From assembly GCA_019744845.1 (NCBI GenBank), contig JAIETW010000001.1, forward strand, positions 177,999 through 241,998: a DNA stretch of 64,000 nucleotides. The letters run 5' to 3'. A program made the position numbers and the translations under genes. The notes below the pieces were generated by a model. That model was not told where the DNA came from and did not search any database. It saw only the letters and a list, made by a program, of their open reading frames with translations. Positions 39,896 through 49,487 of this stretch are shown here, piece after piece. Within the stretch, counting starts at the first letter, position 1, and each line of letters starts with the position of its first letter. Source of the stretch: Patescibacteria group bacterium (GTDB taxonomy: Bacteria > Patescibacteriota > Minisyncoccia > Phycocordibacterales > Phycocordibacteraceae).

Positions 39896-41181
39896 CGTAG
39901 TGCAGCAGTTAGTGATTGATGCGCAGAAATAAGCGCAGAGGCGGCATCTCGTCGTCCTGTGGTTATGTTATCAATCATAGCAGAGAAGATAGAGTCGGTA
40001 GTTTGTGGCGCTGGGGAGAGCCATCCAGATGCAATGAGTGCCGCAGGATAGTAGACCTCTGCGAAGCGATCATCGGTCGTCGCGAGTAATTCGCGACGTG
40101 CAGGAGCCATGCCTGCCGCCGCAGCCGTTACTTCCATCGGCGCAGCAAAAGTGAGCGCGACCGCCGTACGGAATGCACCCTGAAAGTTTGCGCTCGCGCG
40201 CGGAATCGCAAGCGCGTACCCAAGTCCATAGGTCTTTGGGGCAACCGTAGTTGCCGGCTGTGGCACTGGTGCCATATCAAAGTCTAGATTGGGGTTAGAG
40301 GAAGAGAGCGTTTCCTGCTCAGACGCATAGCCGACATAGAAGGCCAAATCCCCTGCCAAGAATGCCTGACGTGAGGATGGGAGTGAACGATTCCAGGAGT
40401 AGACCGTCTTCACTGGGTTTGCAAACTGCGTATAGAAGTTAAGGGCAGAAACAGCAGGTGCGTTCCCTGTTGATTCAAGCGTGCCGCCAAGAGTAGAGAC
40501 TGCACGCTCTACATTTCCTTCGCTAATCGTCGTGCCCGCCTGCATAAGCAGGAGTGAAAGAATGCCGCGTGCATTCTGCACGTTTCCATATTCTCCAAAG
40601 GCAATCGCGCTCTTCACAATGCTCTGATCTGGCTGACGAGTGGTGAGGCGCTCTGCCATCGCGGTCACTGCCTCCCAATTGGTCGGTGGTGTCGGGATAC
40701 CCTGTGCAGAGAGCATGGTGCGGTTGTAGTAGAGCACGAGCGGGTCAACCGCAATTGGCATGCCGTAGAATCCTTCCGTTGCGAGGAAGTACTCATGAAT
40801 CGGTGTGTAGGTCGTCCTAAACGTACGCTCAGAAATACTGGTGTATGGAATGAGAGAAAGCTTTGCGACCTGAGAGAGGAGCTGTTCCTGCGTAATGACG
40901 ATGAGGTCAGGGCCATAGCCGGACGCAAGTGCTTCTGCGAGATTAGAATCAATCGCCTCTGCACTCATCTCTACATAGGACACCTCGTTATACTCCTTGT
41001 TGGTGCGTGAAAGGTTTTCAATACCCGCATCAACGGCGCTCTGTGGGAGTGATCCCCAGATTGTCACTGGTCCGACTGGTCCCCCACCGGTCGTACTGCC
41101 ATTAAAGGTGGCAAACAGGAAGAGCCCCATAAGCGCGGCAAGTCCAAACACGACAAGTACGATTATCTGAAAGGGCTTCAT
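39892..41181 (-). CDS. Membrane-anchored extracellular solute-binding protein (carbohydrate-type)
   Basis: VTIWG, GPDL, YGMP..D.LVLYYN, AF.AG.LA, FDMAPVPQ. Confidence 0.85.
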   Translation of the reverse strand: MKPFQIIVLVVFGLAALMGLFLFATFNGSTTGGGPVGPVTIWGSLPQSAVDAGIENLSRTNKEYNEVSYVEMSAEAIDSNLAEALASGYGPDLIVITQEQLLSQVAKLSLIPYTSISERTFRTTYTPIHEYFLATEGFYGMPIAVDPLVLYYNRTMLSAQGIPTPPTNWEAVTAMAERLTTRQPDQSIVKSAIAFGEYGNVQNARGILSLLLMQAGTTISEGNVERAVSTLGGTLESTGNAPAVSALNFYTQFANPVKTVYSWNRSLPSSRQAFLAGDLAFYVGYASEQETLSSSNPNLDFDMAPVPQPATTVAPKTYGLGYALAIPRASANFQGAFRTAVALTFAAPMEVTAAAAGMAPARRELLATTDDRFAEVYYPAALIASGWLSPAPQTTDSIFSAMIDNITTGRRDAASALISAHQSLTAALR

Positions 41182-41708
41182 GGTGCAGTAAAGAGTAAGG
41201 AATAATGATGCGGACCACCGCGGAATGCTTTTACTTTATGAAAGCCGTGATGAATGAACAGTTGTTCAGCATCGTGTTCTGAAATCACATGATCTTTGTG
41301 AGGACCTATGCCGCCATAGGCACCTGCCCAATCAACAACGAGAAGCTTCCCGCCTGACACAAGAATGCGCTTAATCTCCCCTATCGCATCATCCTTCTCA
41401 TTAAGCTGAAAGAGGGTGTTAGAGAGCACCACCGCATCAATGGAGAGGTCCTTAAGCTGAGTACCTCCTGCCTTTTCTACATCTCCCCACACCGTTTCTA
41501 TGTTCTTAAGACCCTTCTCCTCTGCACGGTCACGAATGCACTTCAGAACATCTTCTTGAACGTCTATGGCGTACACACGTCCCTTAGAGCCGACAATGTT
41601 TGCGGCAGCCAATGCGTAGTGTCCACTACCTGCACCAAGATCAGCGACCTTCATGCCATCACGAAGGCCCATCTGAAGAATGTTTGCGACGGGGTCAGCG
41701 AAACTCAT
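41178..41708 (-). CDS. Class I SAM-dependent methyltransferase
   Basis: VADLGAGSG, VYAID, RIL..GGKLLVVDW. Confidence 0.9.
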   Translation of the reverse strand: MSFADPVANILQMGLRDGMKVADLGAGSGHYALAAANIVGSKGRVYAIDVQEDVLKCIRDRAEEKGLKNIETVWGDVEKAGGTQLKDLSIDAVVLSNTLFQLNEKDDAIGEIKRILVSGGKLLVVDWAGAYGGIGPHKDHVISEHDAEQLFIHHGFHKVKAFRGGPHHYSLLFTAP

Positions 41709-41759
41709 TCCTTATAAAATAGCACGCTGTGCCACTTCAGGACGCATAATCAACATTAG

Positions 41760-42254
41760 TCATTCAGATTCATACTTCGCCTGTAGTTTTCGTAACTTTT
41801 CCGTCAACCTATGACGGAACTCTCGCATCTCTGTTGAAGAAAGCTTCAGCTGAAGATCTGCAAGGCGTGCAAGGTTGTATCCCTTCGGTGGGTTAAATAC
41901 ATACAGTGCCTCTGTGCCAGGAATGTGTCGCCATTTTCTTCGCTGATACATTCCCTGTGCTCGCCCCGATTCTTCCCCGATACCGTCTTCTACCACGCCC
42001 ATCTTTCCATGTGCAGTAAGCATGTTCTCAAGCCCATTCATAATCCGACTGGCATGTCCTTTTCCCCGCTGTGCGCTCTCAAAAACATCAAGTCGTAGAA
42101 TGTAATACAGAGGTACGGGTGTACCGTAGTACATAACTTCTGCTGCTCCCAATTCTGTTCCGTTCTCAACGACCGAAAAACGGTGATATCGTCCCTGTTC
42201 GGGACCATCCATTTCTTCTGGGCGAATGTGGGTAAAGGTTCCTTTTTCTTTCAT
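41760..42254 (-). CDS. GNAT-like acetyltransferase
   Basis: QRGKGHAS acetyl-CoA-binding motif and A.GMY.RR.W. Confidence 0.65.
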   Translation of the reverse strand: MKEKGTFTHIRPEEMDGPEQGRYHRFSVVENGTELGAAEVMYYGTPVPLYYILRLDVFESAQRGKGHASRIMNGLENMLTAHGKMGVVEDGIGEESGRAQGMYQRRKWRHIPGTEALYVFNPPKGYNLARLADLQLKLSSTEMREFRHRLTEKLRKLQAKYESE

Positions 42255-42278
42255 AGTGTGTAAGAACCCTTGTTTCCA

Positions 42279-44747
42279 CTAGAGAGCGACCATTGAGGCA
42301 ATGGAGTCGCCTTCACGCATTTTCATAATGCGTACACCCTGCGTCGCGCGTGAGAGAGAAGGAATCTCTCCGGCAGATACACGGATCACCTGACCCTTCT
42401 TAGAGATGACCACAATTTCTTCAGTGGCATCTTCAGATCCCACAAGCACCTTGGCACCAATGATCTCTCCGGTCTTCGGGGTGACGTCTGCAGTCTTGAT
42501 ACCGGACCCACCACGACCCTGCACCTTATATTCATCCATTGAAGTCTTCTTACCGTATCCCTTGGCCATGATGATGAGGAGAGACGCATCCTTTGCGGCA
42601 CCAGACACCACTTCAGCAGAGACAACTTCATCCCCCTTCTTCACCGTCATACCGCGCACTCCTGCAGCCGTGCGACCCATGGCACGCACATCTGCTTCAT
42701 CAAAACGAATGCTCTGACCCTTTGAGGTCACAATTGAAATGCTGTCACCGTCTCCTGCGAGGTGCGCAGAAACCAGCTTGTCAGAACCCTTGAGGTTAAT
42801 CGCAATGATGCCGGAGCGACGTACATCGGCGAAGTTCTTTGCCTCTACTTTCTTCACGACTCCTGCTTCGGTCACCAAAAATACTGAGAGCGCATCACGT
42901 GCGGCACCCTTTGGTACGGCAAGCACGGAGGTCACCTTCTCATCCCCTGCAAGCGGAAGGAAGTTCATGATGCTCTTTCCCTTCGTGGCACGACGTCCTT
43001 CGGGAATGTCATACATCTTAGTCTGATATGCCTTTCCGTAGTCGGTAAAGAAGAGGAGCTCTGCATGCGCCGAGGCACTCAAGAAGTGCGTCACCACATC
43101 CTCTTCCTTGGTAGACATATCAATCACGCCAACACCTCCACGCTTCTGCGCCTTATACTCGCTTGGATTGGTGCGCTTCACATAGCCACCCTGCGTAATC
43201 ACGAGGACGGACTCTTCGTCTGGTACCAAATCTTCTACTGAAATATTCTTCACCCCACCCTTTACGATCTTGGTGCGACGATCATCTCCGTACTTATCCT
43301 TGACCGCAATAAGCTCAGTCTTCACCACATCAAGAATGTTCTTTGCAGAAGAGAGAATCTTCTTAAGCTTCTTGATGAGCTCCTGAATCTCAGTGAGCTC
43401 ATCCTCAATCTTCTGACGCTCAAGACCCGCAAGCGTCTGAAGACGCATCGCGAGAATCGCAGCTGTCTGACGCTCAGAGAATCCAAACTTCTTACGGAGC
43501 TGGAGATCTGCGTCAGGCACATCCTTAGACTTCTTGATGATCGCAATGACTTCATCAATGTGATCAAGTGCCTTGGAAAGACCAAGAAGAATGTGTTCAC
43601 GCTCTTCTGCTTTGCGAAGTTCGTATTCTGTACGACGCTTCACGATCACGCGACGATGCTCAACAAAGTTCTCAAGAATGCTCTTCAATGAAAGGGTCTG
43701 CGGCACGCCGTCCACCAGTGCGAGCATGTTGTAGTGGAAAGTCGTCTCAAGCTCCGTGTACTTGAAAAGATTGTTCAATACTGCCTGAGGATGTGCGGTT
43801 CCCTTCAATTCCACGACGACACGAATATCTTCTGCAGACTCATCACGAAGATCCTTAATACCTTCAAGCTTCTTATCACGCACCAAATCAGCAATGCGAG
43901 TGATCAAGTCCGCCTTGTTCACGCGGAATGGAATGGAGGTGATGATGATAGAAGTGTTCTTCTTATCCTCTACAATTTCTGCGACACCACGACAGACCAC
44001 CGGCCCCTTACCTGAGGCATAGGCATGCTTGATGTCTGTCTGATTGAAGGCAATACCGCCGAGTGGGAAGTCAGGGCCCTGAATGAATTTCAAAAGATCG
44101 TCGGTCGTCGCTTCTGGATCCTCAATAAGATGAATAGAGGCATCGCACACCTCACGCAAATTGTGCGGAGGAATGTTCGTCGCCATACCCACCGCAATAC
44201 CCAGCGTACCGTTCAATAGAAGGTTTGGTGCGGCTGCAGGAAGCACGGTGGGCTCCTTCAAGGTGCCATCGTAGTTTGGATTCCACTCCACCGTATCCTT
44301 ATCAAGATCGGCAAGCATTTCTCCACCCACCTTAGACATCTTTGCTTCGGTGTAACGATAGGCCGCAGGTGGATCTCCATCAATAGAGCCGAAGTTTCCC
44401 TGACCAATCACGAGTGGGTAGCGGGTAGAGAAATCCTGCGCGAGTTTTACCATCGCGTCATACACCGCCACGTCACCGTGCGGGTGATACTTTGCAATCA
44501 CGTCTCCCACCACTGCCGCAGACTTCTTGGTCTTTGCAGTAGGCCCCAGTCCGTTCTCCTGCATGGAGTACAAAATGCGACGATGCACGGGCTTCATGCC
44601 GTCGCGCACGTCAGGAAGTGCACGTGCCGTAATCACTGACATCGCGTAGTCCAGGTATGAGGACCGCATCTCTGCGGTGATTGATTGGTCTATGACGTTG
44701 ACGCGTTCCTCCGGAAGCGGCACCTCTTCTGTCTTCTTCTTCGCCAT
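42279..44747 (-). CDS. gyrA: DNA gyrase subunit A
   Basis: [23 protein letters not shown], GyrA-box QKRGGVG. Confidence 0.97.
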   Translation of the reverse strand: MAKKKTEEVPLPEERVNVIDQSITAEMRSSYLDYAMSVITARALPDVRDGMKPVHRRILYSMQENGLGPTAKTKKSAAVVGDVIAKYHPHGDVAVYDAMVKLAQDFSTRYPLVIGQGNFGSIDGDPPAAYRYTEAKMSKVGGEMLADLDKDTVEWNPNYDGTLKEPTVLPAAAPNLLLNGTLGIAVGMATNIPPHNLREVCDASIHLIEDPEATTDDLLKFIQGPDFPLGGIAFNQTDIKHAYASGKGPVVCRGVAEIVEDKKNTSIIITSIPFRVNKADLITRIADLVRDKKLEGIKDLRDESAEDIRVVVELKGTAHPQAVLNNLFKYTELETTFHYNMLALVDGVPQTLSLKSILENFVEHRRVIVKRRTEYELRKAEEREHILLGLSKALDHIDEVIAIIKKSKDVPDADLQLRKKFGFSERQTAAILAMRLQTLAGLERQKIEDELTEIQELIKKLKKILSSAKNILDVVKTELIAVKDKYGDDRRTKIVKGGVKNISVEDLVPDEESVLVITQGGYVKRTNPSEYKAQKRGGVGVIDMSTKEEDVVTHFLSASAHAELLFFTDYGKAYQTKMYDIPEGRRATKGKSIMNFLPLAGDEKVTSVLAVPKGAARDALSVFLVTEAGVVKKVEAKNFADVRRSGIIAINLKGSDKLVSAHLAGDGDSISIVTSKGQSIRFDEADVRAMGRTAAGVRGMTVKKGDEVVSAEVVSGAAKDASLLIIMAKGYGKKTSMDEYKVQGRGGSGIKTADVTPKTGEIIGAKVLVGSEDATEEIVVISKKGQVIRVSAGEIPSLSRATQGVRIMKMREGDSIASMVAL

Positions 44748-45086
44748 TTAGAAAGGAATTACGGTTGCCTCAGGCGCGTTTGCATCACTCCGATCAAGCG
44801 TAGAAGAATTCTCTTCTTCAACTATAGAAATAGAGGCACCATTCTGCGTATTCTGGTACATCGCTCCTGCAGCACCCGCAAGATCATCGTATCGGCCAAA
44901 TCCTTCTGCAAAGGAGGCTTCTACTGCTGCAGATTCAGGAGAAGAAATAGAAAGCGCACCGGAAGTAGTGAGCGCAATCATCCATCCCACCGCAACCACT
45001 GCGGTGAAGCCTGCAGCCGCACCAAGTGCGATGCGACGACGAACCTGTTCTGGCTTACTGCGGAGGGTTTCCAAGTAGTCTTTCAT
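44748..45086 (-). CDS. Single-TM hypothetical protein
   Basis: LR.KPE..RRRIA followed by a TM; abuts gyrA. Confidence 0.7.
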   Translation of the reverse strand: MKDYLETLRSKPEQVRRRIALGAAAGFTAVVAVGWMIALTTSGALSISSPESAAVEASFAEGFGRYDDLAGAAGAMYQNTQNGASISIVEEENSSTLDRSDANAPEATVIPF

Positions 45087-45090
45087 AGGC

Positions 45091-45732
45091 TTATGGTGTT
45101 ATCACAATTATATCACCGTCTTTGTCAAGCGCATCCTTTTTCTTGAGGGTAAGCTTGTCGGTCTTTTCTCCTGCCTCCCCTTCCTCTTTAAGGTACGTTT
45201 CAAGCGACTTGGGCTTGCCCATTCCACTCCAGTGAATCGGCACAATGATACGAGGCTCAAGCATCGTAGAAAGCTTTGCGGCATCAGCAGCATCAAGCAC
45301 TCCATCGCCACCGACAGGAACAAAAAGCACATCAATCTCATCAATCCCTTCCTTAGCTTCTGAGGAAAGCGCAGGGTCGGCGAGTGCACCAAGATGTACC
45401 AAGGTCATGCCTTCAAGCTTTACTGCATACACCGTGTTCATTGCTTCGGTCTGTCCCTTTCCAAGTCCGTAACGACTCTTACTCAAAAAGCCCTGCACGG
45501 TCACACCTTTATATTCATATTCACCGGGACCGGTAATCGCAAACGGCTTCTTCTCGCCGTAGGTCACTTCGTCTACTCCGTTCATATCATTATGATTGCG
45601 GGAGACGAGCGCGATGTCTGCACCAAAGCGCACAGAAGGAAGCGTGCCTCCTTTGGAGATTGGATCAAATACAAGAGTCAGGTCACCGAAGGTGACCTTT
45701 ACGCACTGTCCGCCGTGGTGGGTGATGACCAT
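45091..45732 (-). CDS. Metallo-beta-lactamase-fold protein (degenerate metal ligands)
   Basis: VFDP, SRNHNDMN, ITGPGEYE, HLGAL, VPVGG, VPIHW. Confidence 0.82.
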   Translation of the reverse strand: MVITHHGGQCVKVTFGDLTLVFDPISKGGTLPSVRFGADIALVSRNHNDMNGVDEVTYGEKKPFAITGPGEYEYKGVTVQGFLSKSRYGLGKGQTEAMNTVYAVKLEGMTLVHLGALADPALSSEAKEGIDEIDVLFVPVGGDGVLDAADAAKLSTMLEPRIIVPIHWSGMGKPKSLETYLKEEGEAGEKTDKLTLKKKDALDKDGDIIVITP

Positions 45733-45798
45733 ATTTCCCTATATTATACCGCATTTAATGCGTTTCGTCTCCTGTCTCTACACGATGCTGGAACTTTG

Positions 45799-46035
45799 TT
45801 AACCAAAAGGCGGAACCTGCTCCCAAAAATCGGAAAGTAATCTTTGAAAGCCGGGATTCTTTTTCATCACTAGAGAATAGATAGAAACGATACTAATGGC
45901 CAAGAGCACTACTAATACATAGAATAGATTTGGATCAAATATAAAAGAGAGTATGCCAATTGGGATGGTGGCAATTGAGAGATAAAAAAGACAGGCCGCC
46001 AAAACCAAAAGAAAGCTGTATATCTGTGTCTTCAT
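45799..46035 (-). CDS. Small two-TM hypothetical protein (AT-rich)
   Basis: 78-aa hydrophobic ORF with a TAGTCT box upstream. Confidence 0.55.
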   Translation of the reverse strand: MKTQIYSFLLVLAACLFYLSIATIPIGILSFIFDPNLFYVLVVLLAISIVSIYSLVMKKNPGFQRLLSDFWEQVPPFG

Positions 46036-46103
46036 TAGATTAGATACTATCGTTTCTTACGCAATCTTACTAGCTGGCTGTCTGGGACGATGTTGGAACC
46101 TTT

Positions 46104-47108
46104 CTAGCCCCTGCAAACCTGGTGAAGCTGATTCTCTAACTCCTGATCAACTAGCGTCTTTTCTACCGTGAGGCCGTATTGAGCGCTTGAGTCACGAACA
46201 ACCTTAGGTGCCAGGTAAAAGCCTTCCACGTTCTCGCAAAGATTGAATTCTTCAATGAAACCCTTAATAGCCGCTCTGAGCTCCTCTGGTGGTTTGCTAA
46301 GTAAACCTACTGCCGCCCCATGTCCAGACCCTATGGTAATTGCAGTGAGTTCTCGAGCATCCGCGTTCATCATTTGGGTCTTGAGTGCCATAACTGCGTT
46401 GCGCAATACTGCGTTCAACAAATACTCTAGATCTTCTGAGTATTCAGCGTGTCGTTCCATAGTACGAATCGCTTCTACAATTTGTTCCTCCGTCATCTGC
46501 CGTGAAGCGGCGATAGCCGGAGCCTCTCTATCTTTGCGAGAAGCAACCGTCGCATCGGTAGGAACTTTGCTTAAAATACCGACCGCTGAAAGAACACCCG
46601 CAATAGCTACTCCACCCGCCGCTCTATTAAAAAATCGGCGAGTCATTGTTCCAGGCTTGCTCAGTTTTTCACCGGCAGTACCTATTCCCACTGCGCCTAT
46701 TCCCCCAAGAATCATAGACGCCATAGAGAGCAGGAGCGCATTAGTCATTCTTTTATCCGGGTGTGGCCGATATATTCGTGTGTTATAGGGAACATCTATG
46801 AGATAGAAGCTTTTTATTTTCTCCATCATTTGCAAATCTTCAAAGCCGTACCCGAAAATCTTGTTGATATTGACTTCACCAGTTCGGAAATCGAGAGAGT
46901 ACGAGAGATCAATATTTCTATAGTCTTCAATCGTTATACCTGTTTCAAGCCCCACTACACGTGCATCTCCAATTTCTTCAGGGAGGTACTGGCGATCATG
47001 CTCAGAGAGAATGACTCTGGTTTGATGACCATTAACGTCTTCAACTGTTCTGACATTTGCCAAACGCAGTATTTCTTGAGGCGTAGAGCGCTGTTCTTCA
47101 AGACCCAT
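46104..47108 (-). CDS. Hypothetical membrane protein with TraB/GumN(TIKI)-like motifs
   Basis: SEH, GLE, two TMs around MTRRFF, RNAVMA, GSGH. Confidence 0.55.
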   Translation of the reverse strand: MGLEEQRSTPQEILRLANVRTVEDVNGHQTRVILSEHDRQYLPEEIGDARVVGLETGITIEDYRNIDLSYSLDFRTGEVNINKIFGYGFEDLQMMEKIKSFYLIDVPYNTRIYRPHPDKRMTNALLLSMASMILGGIGAVGIGTAGEKLSKPGTMTRRFFNRAAGGVAIAGVLSAVGILSKVPTDATVASRKDREAPAIAASRQMTEEQIVEAIRTMERHAEYSEDLEYLLNAVLRNAVMALKTQMMNADARELTAITIGSGHGAAVGLLSKPPEELRAAIKGFIEEFNLCENVEGFYLAPKVVRDSSAQYGLTVEKTLVDQELENQLHQVCRG

Positions 47109-47182
47109 ATGCGGTTAGCAACAGTATACCAATCTGCTGGCCGTCCAGGACTCGAACCCTGGCATCCCTCCTGCCCGCATGC

Positions 47183-47291
47183 TATAGTCGCCCCCAGTGC
47201 GAGCGTGTGGCCTATGAGCCGCTCCCGGAATAACCCTTAGAGGGAAACCTCTAATACCCGGAAGCGCATGGCGCTGCTTGTCATAAATAGT
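47183..47291 (+). promoter_or_regulatory. rpsA promoter (-10 TATAGT) and structured 5' leader
   Basis: tgcTATAGT at 47183-47188; nested helices capped by ttagagg-GAAA-cctctaa. Confidence 0.6.
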
Positions 47292-48419
47292 ATGGATGAA
47301 AAGAAAGCGGCAATTCCTGTTGCCACCCTCACCGTAGACCCGGGCCACCCAATGGCAGCGTTTGCTGACCGCATTGAGACCCCGCCTAAGGCAGGAGATT
47401 TGGTAGAAGGCACGATCATCGCTCTTGTGCGCGGTCGCCTCTATGTGGATCTCCCTCCCTTTGGTTCAGGCATCATCTACGGACGTGAATACCTAAACGC
47501 CGCTGATGTGCTTCGTAAGGCAAACCCAGGTGATACCATCACCGCAAAAGTCGTAGACCCATCTGGAAAGGATGGCTACATTGAGCTTTCTCTTAAGGAA
47601 GCACGACAGGCAGCTATCTGGAGCGAGGCTGAGCAGGCTATTGCCTCACAGGCCATTTACAACCTTGAGGTTGAAGAGGCAAACAAGGGCGGTCTTATCC
47701 TTTCATGGCAGGGTATCAAGGGCTTCCTCCCTGCGTCCCAGCTTAATAAGGATCACTACCCTCGCGTACCAGAAGGCGACAAGGAAAAGATCTTTGGTGA
47801 GCTTATGAAGCTTACCGGCAAGACGCTTGCCGTGCGCATCATCACTGCGGATCCTAAGGAAGCAAAGCTTATCTTCTCCGAGCGTGTCGGTGAGGAAGAA
47901 GCAGAGAAGGCAAACCTCGTTGATAAGTACCAGGTAGGCGATGTCGTTGACGGAGAAGTCACCGGCGCCGTTGACTTCGGTGTCTTCGTAAAGGTAGAGC
48001 AGGGTCTTGAAGGACTCGTGCACATCTCTGAGCTTGATTGGGGCCTCGTGGAAGATCCTCGTGTCCTCTTCAAGGTGGGAGACGCCGTACGCGTCAAGGT
48101 GATTGAGATCAAGGACGGAAAGATCTCCCTTTCTATCAAGGCACTTAAGGAGAACCCTTGGAAGACCGCCGCAGAGAAGTACAAGAAGGGTATGGAAATC
48201 TCTGGCGTGATCATCAAGTACAACAAGCACGGCGCACTCGCCTCTATTGAAGAAGGCGTGGCTGGTCTTGTGCACATGAGTGAGTTCGCGTCCCCTGCTG
48301 AGCTTCGCGAGACGCTTGAGCTTGGAAAGAGCTACCCATTTGCGATCAAGCTCTTTGAGCCAAAGGACCAGCGCATGACGCTTGCCTACACTGGCCCAAA
48401 GAAAGCCGCAAAGAAATAA
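47292..48419 (+). CDS. rpsA: 30S ribosomal protein S1 (four S1 domains)
   Basis: NKGGL..GFLPASQL, DFGVFV..EGLVHISEL, ISLSIK..NPW. Confidence 0.93.
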   Translation: MDEKKAAIPVATLTVDPGHPMAAFADRIETPPKAGDLVEGTIIALVRGRLYVDLPPFGSGIIYGREYLNAADVLRKANPGDTITAKVVDPSGKDGYIELSLKEARQAAIWSEAEQAIASQAIYNLEVEEANKGGLILSWQGIKGFLPASQLNKDHYPRVPEGDKEKIFGELMKLTGKTLAVRIITADPKEAKLIFSERVGEEEAEKANLVDKYQVGDVVDGEVTGAVDFGVFVKVEQGLEGLVHISELDWGLVEDPRVLFKVGDAVRVKVIEIKDGKISLSIKALKENPWKTAAEKYKKGMEISGVIIKYNKHGALASIEEGVAGLVHMSEFASPAELRETLELGKSYPFAIKLFEPKDQRMTLAYTGPKKAAKK

Positions 48420-48431
48420 TCTGTTCTAAAG

Positions 48432-48460
48432 AAAACACCTCGGAGCTCCCGAGGTGTTTT
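48432..48460. terminator. Bidirectional intrinsic terminator (rpsA/pth)
   Basis: aaaacacctcgg-agctc-ccgaggtgtttt. Confidence 0.85.
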
Positions 48461-48462
48461 TG

Positions 48463-49065
48463 TTATCGCGTATTGGCGTGCATCGTTGCCCTCTCAAGTC
48501 CGTCAGTGACAAAAAGCGTTGCGGCTTCTACTCCTTTCTTGAGTGCTTTTTTGAGTGTCGCTTCTTCTGCGGGCGCAAACTTCCCAATCACGAGCTTCAC
48601 CACCCCGTCGTCACTTCCTGGCTTCTTGGCTTGATTCTTCTTCCCTGCCTTAGAGACTCCGATCTTAAGCTGCGCGAATTCCTTGGTCCCAATCGCACGC
48701 ATCACGGACTCTACGCCATGGTGTCCACCTGCACCGCGCCCGAAGGTCATCTTGATCACTCCTAACGGAAGATCAATGTCATCACGCACGACGAGAAGCT
48801 CCGCTGCTGCTTTCTTTGACTTCACAAACGTCTTTGCCGCTTTTCCAGAAGTGTTCATGTATATCTCGGGAAGTGCGAGGAGTGCTTTTTGCTTTCCGAG
48901 CTTTCCTTCAGACACTAGAGAAGGCACGCCTCCTGCTTTGCGGAGGGTGAATTCGGGAAAGTCTTCCTTCTTTGCAAGGAGCTCTACGAGCATGCGGCCT
49001 GCATTGTGACGGGTCTTTTCATATTCTTTACCAGGATTCCCAAGACCGAGGATGACGTAGGACAT
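48463..49065 (-). CDS. pth: Peptidyl-tRNA hydrolase
   Basis: GLGNPGKEY..TRHNAG, YMNTSG, DD.DLP, GGHHG. Confidence 0.93.
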   Translation of the reverse strand: MSYVILGLGNPGKEYEKTRHNAGRMLVELLAKKEDFPEFTLRKAGGVPSLVSEGKLGKQKALLALPEIYMNTSGKAAKTFVKSKKAAAELLVVRDDIDLPLGVIKMTFGRGAGGHHGVESVMRAIGTKEFAQLKIGVSKAGKKNQAKKPGSDDGVVKLVIGKFAPAEEATLKKALKKGVEAATLFVTDGLERATMHANTR

Positions 49066-49105
49066 GCGGAGAAGTATATCGTGCTTCAGGGGTATACTGA
49101 TAGTA

Positions 49106-49456
49106 ATGCCTTCAGGAGAACCGTGGAGACCAGGTGTGGAAACCCTCCGCACCAGAGAAAAACAAAAAGAAGACCGGCTGTGGACCACGCTTGAGGGGCT
49201 GGGTATCACCCGCGACGACATCACCCCCGGTCAGAAGAACAGTCAGCCACTCTCACGCATCCTTGAGATAGCGGATCTCCTGCTTCAAGGGAAGTTTCCA
49301 AAAGATATTGCACCGCAGTTTAATCTTGCCGCGACCACCATTCACCACATACGAAACACTCGTTTTAGCTCTCGTCTCCAAAGCCTGATTTATAGGAGAC
49401 AACGAGAAGTACAAGCATCTACGCGGCAAAACGAATCAAAAAGAGCAAAAAGTTGA
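49106..49456 (+). CDS. Hypothetical protein with a possible HTH
   Basis: G..PKDIA..F.LA..TI pattern; TATACT 7 nt before the ATG at 49106. Confidence 0.5.
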   Translation: MPSGEPWRPGVETLRTREKQKEDRLWTTLEGLGITRDDITPGQKNSQPLSRILEIADLLLQGKFPKDIAPQFNLAATTIHHIRNTRFSSRLQSLIYRRQREVQASTRQNESKRAKS

Positions 49457-49487
49457 CGCGGAAAAAGCGACGCGTACAATGCTCCCA

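Noticed and set aside
41739-41766. dif-like sequence aggacgcataa-tcaaca-ttagtcattca next to the GNAT gene
   Set aside because: Only the XerC-like arm resembles dif. The XerD arm matches poorly and there is no partner site on the other side of the gene.
47195-47285. rpsA upstream hairpin considered as SRP (4.5S) RNA
   Set aside because: It lacks the conserved CAGG..GGAA..AGCA helix-8 motif and has no terminator; it fits a 5' leader better.
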